Assembly (NCBI GenBank): GCA_046290465.1
Contig: JBKAGP010000001.1
Span: 2,240,001 to 2,304,000 of the forward strand
Length of the DNA: 64,000 nucleotides
Direction of reading: 5' to 3'
From: Planctomycetota bacterium
Lineage (GTDB): Bacteria; Planctomycetota; UBA1135; UBA2386
In this document: piece after piece, positions 52,301 to 61,417 of the stretch
Position numbering within the stretch: position 1 is the stretch's first letter
Layout: each line of letters starts with the position of its first letter
The notes under the pieces: generated by a model
What the model was told of the DNA's origin: nothing
The model's database searches: none
What the model saw: the letters and a program-made list of their open reading frames with translations, nothing else
Position numbers and translations under genes: made by a program

Positions 52301-55153
52301 GTGTCCAACACCCCCATCGAACAGCTCTACCGCAGGTTCCTCGCCACCGGGGACGAGGCCGCGCTCGAACAGTGGACCCGCCGCTGCCGGCCGACGCTGC
52401 GCCGCCTGGCGCTGCGGCTCGGCGCATCGGCCGAGGACGCCGACGACCTGGTGCAGGAGACGATCGTCGCGGCGATCCACGGCGCCGAGCGCTACGACCC
52501 CGAACGGCCGCTGCTGCCGTGGCTGAAGGGCATCCTGACGTTCCGCGCGGCGCGGCTCGCGCGCAGTGAGGTGCGCCGCCGCGAACACTATCGCAAGAGC
52601 CAGGAGCTGCGGCCCGACACGGAGCCGCCGGTCGACCCGGTCGCCGCCGAACTCGACGCGGACGTGCGCGAGGCGATCGACGACCTGCCGCCGCGCTACC
52701 GCGAGCCGCTCGCCCAGTACCTGCTGGCGCAGCGCAGTCCGCTGGAGATCGCCGAAGCGCTCGGCGTCGAGCGCGCCACCGTGCGCACCCAGCTCCACCG
52801 CGGCCTGCAGCGGCTGCGTGACGCGCTGCGGCGCTGGGCCCTGCTGCTGCTGCTGACGCTGTTCGGCCGACCGGCGCGCGCGGCGGTCACGGCCGCCCTG
52901 CTGGTGCTGACGACGCTGGTGGTGCTCGCGACCGACACGTTGCCGGCGGGCGGCGACCCCGCGCGCCCCGACGCGGCGATCGCCGCCGCGACCACGGCAA
53001 CCACGCGGCCCGGCGACCCGGCCGGCCAACGCGAGACGGCGGCGGCGGCGACGCGCCAGCGGTCGATCGTCGTGGTCGTGCGCGACCTCGACGGCCACCC
53101 GGTCGCAGGCGTCGGCGTCGCCGCCGAACCGCGCTATGGCCACGACCCGGTGCTCGGCCGACGCGAGGCGATCACCGACCAGCGCGGCCGCGCGACCTTC
53201 TACGACCTGCTGTGGGGCGAGCAGCTGGTCAGCACCGACCGCGGCCACCGCACGACGGTCGAGCTGCCCGCCCCCGGCCACGAACGCATCGAATGGACCC
53301 TGCGCGAACGCCGCGTCGTGCAAGGCCGCTGCCTCGATCCGTTCGGCGCGCCGGTGCCGGGCGCCAGGGTCTGGCTGTCCCACGACCACGGTAGCGCCTG
53401 GCGCGGCCAGGACGTCGCGACGACTGATGCGGACGGCCGCTTCCAGCTGCGCGGCGTCACGTTCGGCAGCTTCGTCGCCGCGCGCCACCCGCGCTGGTCG
53501 CGCAGCCAGCCAGTCGCGGTGGCGCATGACGACGTCGCGCTGCAGCTCGGCGAACCGGGCGGTGCGCCGACGATCGACGTCGTCGACGAGCAGGGGCGGC
53601 CGGTGCGCGAAGCGCTGGTGTTCGTCGGCGACGCGATGGACGCCGAGCCGCTGCACCTGGCGCAGCAGGCCGCGCCCCGGCGAGCGCCGCCGTTCCGCCG
53701 CCGCAGCGACGCCGACGGCGTGGCGCGCGCCGACGCGCTGCGGCTCGGCACGCACCCGGTCGCCGTGCGCGCCGCCGGCTACGCGCCGCACCGCGACGTG
53801 CTCGACGTGCTCGGGCCCGGCCCGTTCGGCCACCGCATCGTGCTGCGCAGCTCGCCGATGGTGACCGGTCGCGTCTGTGAGCCCGACGGCACGCCGATCC
53901 GCAACGCGCTCGCCGTGTTCCGCCACGCCGACCCGGCTGCGTCGGTCGACCTCGAACTCGACGAGCAGGGCACGTTCTGCTTCGCCTGCGTGCCGCCCGA
54001 GTCGGGCGAGGTGTTTGCGCGGGCCCCTGGCTACGAGCCCGGCTGCCTGCACGTTCGGGAGTGGCGCCCCCCTGCGCCGCCTTGCATCGTGCTGCAGCGG
54101 CAGCGGGTTCTGCGCGGCGTGCTGCGCGTCGCCGGGGCGCCGTATCAGGGTGCCGAGGTGCGCGCGACCTGGCCGCCGTCGGCGCTGCGCGCCGAGGGGG
54201 TGGTCGCACCGACCGACGCGCGCGGCGCGTTTGCGCTTCCGGCGCAGGGCCCGGGCGAACCGACGATCGCGGTGCGGCTGGTCGGCGAACCGCTGTTCCG
54301 CGAGGTCGAGACGCCGGTGCGCTGGCACGCCGACGAGACCGCAATCGAACTGCCGGCGACGTTCGCCTGCGACAGCTTCGTCGCGGGCGCTTGCCGCAGC
54401 GACGACGGTGCGGCGATCGCCGATGCCGCGGTGTTCGTGCAGCGCGACGGAAGCTGGGCCGAGGTCGGCGCGACCGATGCCGACGGCCGCTACCGGATCG
54501 GCCCGCTGCCCGACGGCGACTACCGCGTGTTCGTCGAGAGCCGGCGGCGCGACCTGCCGACCGTGCACGGCAGCACGTTCCACCTGCCGCGCGGTGCCCA
54601 CCGCGACGAACCGTTGACCGCCGGTGCCACCGGCACCCTCGCGGTGACGCTGGTGCGCGACGACGGCGCGACGATCTCGGACGCGCTGATGACGGTGCAG
54701 CACCGCGACCTGCACCGGCGCTTTTCGATCGCGCACGGACCGAGCTTTGCGCAGCGGCTGGTCGCCGGCGACTACGAGGTCGCGGTGATGGGCAGCCGCT
54801 TCGGGTGGGTCGACGCGCACCCGGTGCAGGTCCTGCCTGGCGAACGGACCGAGGCCCGCATCGTGGTGCGCGCCGCCCATCGCTGCACGCTGGTGCCGAC
54901 CGGGCTGCCGCCCCGGCAGCCGGGGCAGGCGGTGACGTTGTGGCTGCGCGCGCTCGCGCCGCACGCCGAACGGCACGAGTTCACGCTGCTGCCGGACGCG
55001 CCGCTGCGTCTCGGCGCGGTGCTGCCGCCGGACGTCTACCGGCTCGAGTATCCGCGGGCCGACGGCCACCGCTACGTCGGTTCGTTCACGGTCGCGGGCG
55101 TCGCCGACACGCTGGCGCCGCAGTTCGTGCCGATGATCGAGCAGCCGCAGTGA
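52301..55153 (+). CDS. ECF sigma factor fused to a TM segment and extracellular carboxypeptidase-regulatory-like repeats
   Basis: Sigma2 DADDLVQET...YDPERP..PWL; sigma4 LPPRYRE...EIAEALGV...TVRTQLHRG; TM; repeated G.PV.GA.V...TDADGRF. Confidence 0.9.
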   Translation: MSNTPIEQLYRRFLATGDEAALEQWTRRCRPTLRRLALRLGASAEDADDLVQETIVAAIHGAERYDPERPLLPWLKGILTFRAARLARSEVRRREHYRKSQELRPDTEPPVDPVAAELDADVREAIDDLPPRYREPLAQYLLAQRSPLEIAEALGVERATVRTQLHRGLQRLRDALRRWALLLLLTLFGRPARAAVTAALLVLTTLVVLATDTLPAGGDPARPDAAIAAATTATTRPGDPAGQRETAAAATRQRSIVVVVRDLDGHPVAGVGVAAEPRYGHDPVLGRREAITDQRGRATFYDLLWGEQLVSTDRGHRTTVELPAPGHERIEWTLRERRVVQGRCLDPFGAPVPGARVWLSHDHGSAWRGQDVATTDADGRFQLRGVTFGSFVAARHPRWSRSQPVAVAHDDVALQLGEPGGAPTIDVVDEQGRPVREALVFVGDAMDAEPLHLAQQAAPRRAPPFRRRSDADGVARADALRLGTHPVAVRAAGYAPHRDVLDVLGPGPFGHRIVLRSSPMVTGRVCEPDGTPIRNALAVFRHADPAASVDLELDEQGTFCFACVPPESGEVFARAPGYEPGCLHVREWRPPAPPCIVLQRQRVLRGVLRVAGAPYQGAEVRATWPPSALRAEGVVAPTDARGAFALPAQGPGEPTIAVRLVGEPLFREVETPVRWHADETAIELPATFACDSFVAGACRSDDGAAIADAAVFVQRDGSWAEVGATDADGRYRIGPLPDGDYRVFVESRRRDLPTVHGSTFHLPRGAHRDEPLTAGATGTLAVTLVRDDGATISDALMTVQHRDLHRRFSIAHGPSFAQRLVAGDYEVAVMGSRFGWVDAHPVQVLPGERTEARIVVRAAHRCTLVPTGLPPRQPGQAVTLWLRALAPHAERHEFTLLPDAPLRLGAVLPPDVYRLEYPRADGHRYVGSFTVAGVADTLAPQFVPMIEQPQ

Positions 55154-55160
55154 TGCGGCG

Positions 55161-56411
55161 CTACTCGTAGCGCAGCGCCTCGACCGGATCGAGGCTGGCC
55201 GCCTTCCACGCCGGCCACAGGCCGAAGAACAGGCCGACGCCACCCGAGCCCGCGAACGCGAAGCCGCGCGCCCAGCCCGGCGTCTGCGCCGCGAGGTCGG
55301 GCATCGCCATGCCGACCAGGTGCAGCAGCCCTTCGGCGACGACCAGGCCGAGCACCCCGCCGATCGCGCACAGCACCATCGCCTCGATCAGGAACTGGCC
55401 GAGGATGTCGCGACGGCGCGCGCCGACGGCCTTGCGCAGGCCGATCTCGCGGGTCCGTTCGCGCACCGACACCAGCATGATGTTCATCACCCCTACGCCG
55501 CCGACCAGGAAGCCGACCGTCGACAGCAGGAACATCACCGCCAGCACCGCGAACACGATGTCGTCGAAGCTCTGGATCAGGCTGTCGGCGGTCGCGAGGT
55601 TGAAGTTGTTCTCCTCGTCCCAGCGCACCCGGCGCCGGCGCCGAAGCACCTGGATGACCTCGTCCTTGCACTGCTCGAGCAACCCGGTCTTCGAACGGAT
55701 CGCGAGGAAGTTGTCGTCGGCGGTCGGGTAGTGGCGCTGCAGCGTCTGGTAGGGCACCAGGAACAGCGCGTCGTCCTCGTTCTCGCCGCCGAACGGCCCC
55801 TCCTTGCGCTTCTCGAGCGTGCCGATCACGTGGTAGCGACGACCGTCGATCAGCACCCGCTTGCCGACGGCGCCGCCGTTGGGGAACAGCGCGTTGTCGA
55901 CCGACGCGCCGAGCACCACCACCGGGCTGCGGTGCCGGTTCTCCTGGTCGGTGAAGAACCGCCCCTCCTTGACGACGCGATGCGCGAGGTCGAGGTCCTC
56001 GGGGTAGACGCCGCGCAGCCGCGGCGAGTCGACCTGTTCGTCGCGGTAGCTGGCGCGCGCCGTGAACGTCGGCGCGTCGACGACCGGCGTCATCAGCTCG
56101 AGCGACGGGCACTGGTCGCGCACCGCCCAGGCGTCGTCGACGGTGATCTTCTTGCGGTTTCGCAGCGAACGGTCCGGCCGGCCGATGTTCACGATCGGCA
56201 TGCGGAACACGTAGATGTTGTTGGTGCCGAACTGCTCGACCTGGTCGACGACCGACTGACGGAAGCCGTTGAGGATCGACGCGACCGTCACCACCAGCAG
56301 CACGCCGATGAAGATGCCGAGCACGGTCAGGAACGACCGGAACCGGTTGGCGAGCAGCGTCTCGAACGCGAGCCGCGTGTTCTCCCAGATCGACAGGACG
56401 AAGCGTCGCAT
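55161..56411 (-). CDS. MacB-like ABC permease
   Basis: [41 protein letters not shown]; FtsX domain. Confidence 0.93.
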   Translation of the reverse strand: MRRFVLSIWENTRLAFETLLANRFRSFLTVLGIFIGVLLVVTVASILNGFRQSVVDQVEQFGTNNIYVFRMPIVNIGRPDRSLRNRKKITVDDAWAVRDQCPSLELMTPVVDAPTFTARASYRDEQVDSPRLRGVYPEDLDLAHRVVKEGRFFTDQENRHRSPVVVLGASVDNALFPNGGAVGKRVLIDGRRYHVIGTLEKRKEGPFGGENEDDALFLVPYQTLQRHYPTADDNFLAIRSKTGLLEQCKDEVIQVLRRRRRVRWDEENNFNLATADSLIQSFDDIVFAVLAVMFLLSTVGFLVGGVGVMNIMLVSVRERTREIGLRKAVGARRRDILGQFLIEAMVLCAIGGVLGLVVAEGLLHLVGMAMPDLAAQTPGWARGFAFAGSGGVGLFFGLWPAWKAASLDPVEALRYE

Positions 56412-56412
56412 G

Positions 56413-57629
56413 CTATTCGGTCCGCAGCGCCTCGATCGGGTCCAGGCGGGCCGCGCGCTTGGCCGGGCTGATGCCGAAGAACACGCCGATGCCGGTGCAC
56501 ACGAAGAACGCGACCGGCGGCGCCCAGGCCGGGAACTGGGCCGGCAGCGGCGTGTAGTTGCTCAGCAGCCACGACACGCCGAACGCGACCGCGATGCCGA
56601 TCGCGCCGCCGATGCACGACAGCAGCGTCGACTCGATCAAGAACTGCTGCACGATGTCGCGTTGGCGCGCGCCGACCGCCTTGCGCACCCCGATCTCGCG
56701 GGTCCGTTCGATCACCGACACCAGCATGATGTTCATGATCACGATGCCGCCGACCACCAGCGAGATGCCGACGACGAACAGCGCGATGCTGAAGATCGTC
56801 GTGGTCATGCTCTTCCAAAGGTCGTTGATGCCGGCCGCGGTCAGCATGTCGAAGTCGTCCTCGTCCCGCGGGCGCAGATGGTGTCGCGCGCGCAGGATCG
56901 CGCGCACCTCGTCCATGCACTCCTCCATGCGGTCCGAGTCCTCGGCCTGCACGCTGATCCGCACCGAACGGTCGGTGCCGTAGAGCTTGCGGTGCAGGCT
57001 GTAGGGGATCTTGACGAAGTTGTCCTGCGAGAAGCCGAGGAAGCTGCCCTTCTTCACGGCGACGCCGATGACGCGCACCGGCTGCCCCTTGATGCGCAGC
57101 TCCTTGCCGATCGGGTCGACATCGCCGAACAGGTTCTCGACGACGTCGTTGCCGATGAACGCCACCGGCACCGCGCGGTCGTTCTCGAACGGCAGGATGA
57201 TGCGGCCGTCGGCGACCTGGAACGGCTCGATCTCGAGGATCTCCGGGGTCACGCCGCCGACCTCGACGCCCTTGAGCTCGACGTCGCCGCGGCGGATGTC
57301 GGCGCTCGAGCGCACCTGCCACGCGACCTGCCGCGCCGTCTGGCACAGGTCCCGCACCGCGTGCGCGTCCTCGCGCCGCAGCGTCCGGTTCTTGCGGATC
57401 TTGTCGAGGAACTCCTGGCGGTTGGTGACGATGCCGAACCGCTGCACCGTGAACGTGCCGGAGCCGAGGTCGGACAGCTTGTCGGCGACGTACTTGTTGA
57501 GCCCCTCGATCACCGCCGCCGTCGCGACGATCGCCGCGATGCCGATGATCACGCCGAGCAGCGTCAGGAACGAACGCAGCCGGTTCGCCCAGATCGATTC
57601 GACCGCCAGCCGTGTCGCCTCGACGACGT

Positions 57630-57633
<4 letters not shown>
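56413..57633 (-). CDS. MacB-like ABC permease
   Basis: [40 protein letters not shown]. Confidence 0.93.
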
Positions 57634-58343
<710 letters not shown>

Positions 58344-58351
58344 GGCGGCTC

Positions 58352-59806
58352 CTACGGCTTCTGCACCGAGATGGCGTTCTTCTGCTTCTTCTGGTCGATC
58401 TCGGCCCGATCCCACTCGCTCAGCTTGCGCAGCTTCTGGTAGGGACCGACGACGACCTCCTCGCCCGGCTGCAGGCCATCGAGCACCTCGATGTCCATGT
58501 CGCCGGTGATGCCGGTCTCGACCGGCCGGAAGCGCGCAACGCCGTCGATCAGCAGGAACACGCCCTCGATCTCCTCCATCTTCTTGCGCGACACCGAGGT
58601 CTCGGCGGCGTGCACCTCCTCGCCCTCGACCGGCCGCGCCGGCACGACCAGCTTGCCGTCGTCGCTGCGCTCGCGCTCGCGAACGGTCAGCGCCTGCAGC
58701 GGCACCACCAGGCAGTCCGTGCGGGTCGCGGTCTCGATCTCCGCGGTCGCGGTGAAGCCGGGCCGCAGTTCTTCGGGCGGGTCGTCGATGCGCACCACCA
58801 CCTTGAACTCCTTGCCCTCCTGGTTGTCCGTCGACAGGATCGGGCTCTGGCCGATCTCGGTGACGACGCCGGTCAGCTTCAGGTCGCGGATCGCGTCGAC
58901 CTCGACCTCGGCCTTGGCGCCGAGCTTGACCGACACGATGTCGGCCTCGTCGACCTCGATCTCGGCCTCGATCACCGACATGTCCGCGATCGTCATCAGC
59001 GTCGCGACCGGGTTGGACTGGATGCCCGGAACCGCGCGTTCGCCCTTCTCGACGTTGCACGCCGTGATCAGGCCCGACAGCGGCGCCTTGATGATCGTCT
59101 TGCTGGCCATGTCCTCGGCCCGCGCCAGCCCGGCCGCCTGCGCCTCGTAGCGGCGCTTCGACGCGTCGCGCACGGCCTTGGCCGCGTCGACCCGCGTCAC
59201 CGCCGCGCGCACGTTGGCCTCGGCCTGCTTGATGCGCGCGTTGGCGAAGTCGAGACGCTGCTCGGCGAGCCGCGCCTCGGCCTTGCTGATCTCGTATTCC
59301 TCGCGCCCGATCAGGCCGCCGTCGAACATCTGCTGCTTGCGCTTGAACGACGACTGCGCCCGCTCTTGCGAGGTCTGCGACTGGCCGGCCTCGACCTTGG
59401 CGTTGGCGAGTGCGGTCTCCTCGGCGGCGAGGTTGGCCTCGGCGGTGGCAACGCCGACCTCCGAGCTGCGCGCGTCGGCGTCGGCCGCCCCGAGCTGGGC
59501 GCGCGCCGAATCGACCTCGGCCTGCAGCTGCAGCGCGTCGAGCTTCAGCAGCACCTGCCCTTCCTGCACTTCGTCACCCTCCTTGACCAGCAGCTCGACG
59601 ATCACGCCGGCGACCTCGGTCTGGATGTCGACGAACTCCTTGGCCTTGATCTCACCGGTGGCCGAGACCAGCGAGCGCAGCAGCGGCACCTTCTCGGCCT
59701 TGGCCACGACCACCCTGGTCGGCGGCGCCGGCTGCATCGACTTCCAGACACCGCCGCCGACGGCGGCGGCCACGAGAACGAGAATGACGACGGTCGAGCG
59801 CTTCAT
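58352..59806 (-). CDS. MacA-like efflux periplasmic adaptor
   Basis: N-terminal TM; lipoyl halves ([21 protein letters not shown]); long helical hairpin; EVDEADI; LRPGFTA. Confidence 0.92.
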   Translation of the reverse strand: MKRSTVVILVLVAAAVGGGVWKSMQPAPPTRVVVAKAEKVPLLRSLVSATGEIKAKEFVDIQTEVAGVIVELLVKEGDEVQEGQVLLKLDALQLQAEVDSARAQLGAADADARSSEVGVATAEANLAAEETALANAKVEAGQSQTSQERAQSSFKRKQQMFDGGLIGREEYEISKAEARLAEQRLDFANARIKQAEANVRAAVTRVDAAKAVRDASKRRYEAQAAGLARAEDMASKTIIKAPLSGLITACNVEKGERAVPGIQSNPVATLMTIADMSVIEAEIEVDEADIVSVKLGAKAEVEVDAIRDLKLTGVVTEIGQSPILSTDNQEGKEFKVVVRIDDPPEELRPGFTATAEIETATRTDCLVVPLQALTVRERERSDDGKLVVPARPVEGEEVHAAETSVSRKKMEEIEGVFLLIDGVARFRPVETGITGDMDIEVLDGLQPGEEVVVGPYQKLRKLSEWDRAEIDQKKQKNAISVQKP

Positions 59807-59971
59807 GCGGGGCAGGGGAGAGGGTGCAGGCCCTGTCGTCCGACCGCAAGGGGGCAGTCGGCGGGGCCTCGTGGCCGAAGCCACGGCAAAACCGCCACGC
59901 CAACTCGGGAAACGTCGCCTTCGACGGCGGCAGGGAGCCCCTGGACCGCCCCGTCGACGGGAGCCCGAACC

Positions 59972-60168
59972 CGACCAGGTCGCGTCGCAGCCCTCAACGA
60001 ACGAACGGGTCGGAGAACCTCGGGTCGATCAGGAACGACGGATCCGTCAACGTCCGCAAGAACGCGACCAGGTCGCGTCGCTGCCCTCAACGAACGAACG
60101 GGTCGGAGAACCGCGGGTCTCGCAAGAACGACTCGTCGGTCAGCGTCTCGAGGAACGCGACCAGGTCC
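59972..60168. repeat. 93-bp tandem duplications of the peroxidase 3' end
   Basis: cgaccaggtc at 59972, 60066 and 60157; ccctcaacgaacgaacgggtcggagaacc at 59991 and 60084. Confidence 0.9.
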
Positions 60169-61385
60169 CGCCGCGCCCGCGTGTCCATCGGAAAGCCCAG
60201 CGACACCGGCGACGCCGGCGAGTGTAGTGCCCCGCCGAGCATCGGCAGCGTCGCCCCGCCCGACCTGCCGCCCCAGCTTCCGCCACTCTCGGAGCGGCGC
60301 AGCAGCGGGTCCAGCGTCTTGCCGTTGCGCACGCCGCGCGCGTAGAAATCGACGACTTCGGCGAGCGTCCGGAAGCGGCCGTCGTGCATGTAGGGCCCGG
60401 TGACCGCGACGTTGCGCAGCGACGGCGCACGGAACCGGCGCACGTCCGCGTCGCGCCCCGACACGGCCGCGTGGCCGCGATCGCGCCTGCCGCCGCGGTC
60501 TGGCAGGCCGTTGTTGCGCAGGCCGTCGTGGGCAAACACCTGCGGCGTGCCCGGGATGTAGCTGCCGCAGCGACCGTCGACGCGGCCGACATGGCACGCG
60601 GCGCAGCTGTCCCCACCGCCGGTGCCGAAGAACAGCGCCTTGCCGCGGTTCTCCGACGCGGTGAAGTTCGCAAACGGCTGCTTCACGTCGCCGTTCGCCG
60701 CCGCCAGCCCGTCGTCGTAGCGCGAACGATGCGAGACCAGCGCCCGCACGAACGTCGCCAGCGCGATGCCGAGCCGTTCGCGGTCGATGTAGCGGCTCTC
60801 GAAGGCACGGTCGAACAACGCCACGTAGTCCGGATCGCGGCGCAGCACGCGCAGGACCTCGTCGACGTCGTGCCCCATCTCGAGATCGTCCTCGATCGGC
60901 ATCAGCACCATCTGCTCGAGCTTCGCCGCGCGGCCGTCCCAGAACAGCGGGCCCTTGTGGTAGGCGAGGTTGACGATCGGCATCGAGTTGCGGCGCGTGC
61001 GCTTGCCGCGAAAGCCCCGGCTGCGCGCCTGCCCATCGGCGAAGCCGAGCGCCTGCTGGTGGCACGACCCGCACGAGCGCTTGCCGTTCTTCGACAGCCT
61101 GCGGTCGTAGAACAGCACGCGGCCGAGCGTGGCGCGGTGGTCGCGCAGCCGCCGCTGCCTGGCGAGCGTCTCCGCGGACGGCTGGATGCCGCCGCAGCCG
61201 ACCGCCATGCTCACGCCCGGCAGCCGGTCGTCGTAGCAGAACGGCGTCTCGGGCAGGGCCGGGCGAGGCCCGCGCTGCTGGGCGCCGACCGCGCCCGCGA
61301 ACAGGCCGACGACGGCCACGACGATCGCGAGCAGGTTTCTGAGACGTAACGACAAGCGCGACGTCACGGCGGCGGGCGGTCTCAT
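60087..61385 (-). CDS. Di-heme cytochrome c peroxidase/MauG-family protein
   Basis: LGRVLFYD..LS, CGSCH, FWDGRA, CAACH, FRAPSLRNV..TGPYMHDG, DLVAFL.TL. Confidence 0.92.
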   Translation of the reverse strand: MRPPAAVTSRLSLRLRNLLAIVVAVVGLFAGAVGAQQRGPRPALPETPFCYDDRLPGVSMAVGCGGIQPSAETLARQRRLRDHRATLGRVLFYDRRLSKNGKRSCGSCHQQALGFADGQARSRGFRGKRTRRNSMPIVNLAYHKGPLFWDGRAAKLEQMVLMPIEDDLEMGHDVDEVLRVLRRDPDYVALFDRAFESRYIDRERLGIALATFVRALVSHRSRYDDGLAAANGDVKQPFANFTASENRGKALFFGTGGGDSCAACHVGRVDGRCGSYIPGTPQVFAHDGLRNNGLPDRGGRRDRGHAAVSGRDADVRRFRAPSLRNVAVTGPYMHDGRFRTLAEVVDFYARGVRNGKTLDPLLRRSESGGSWGGRSGGATLPMLGGALHSPASPVSLGFPMDTRARRDLVAFLETLTDESFLRDPRFSDPFVR

Positions 61386-61417
61386 GCCCGCCCTCGCGCA
61401 ACCGCCGTGCCGACCGG

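Noticed and set aside
59972..60168. CRISPR array
   Set aside because: The units are copies of the peroxidase 3' end, the intervening sequences are homologous to each other, and there are no cas genes
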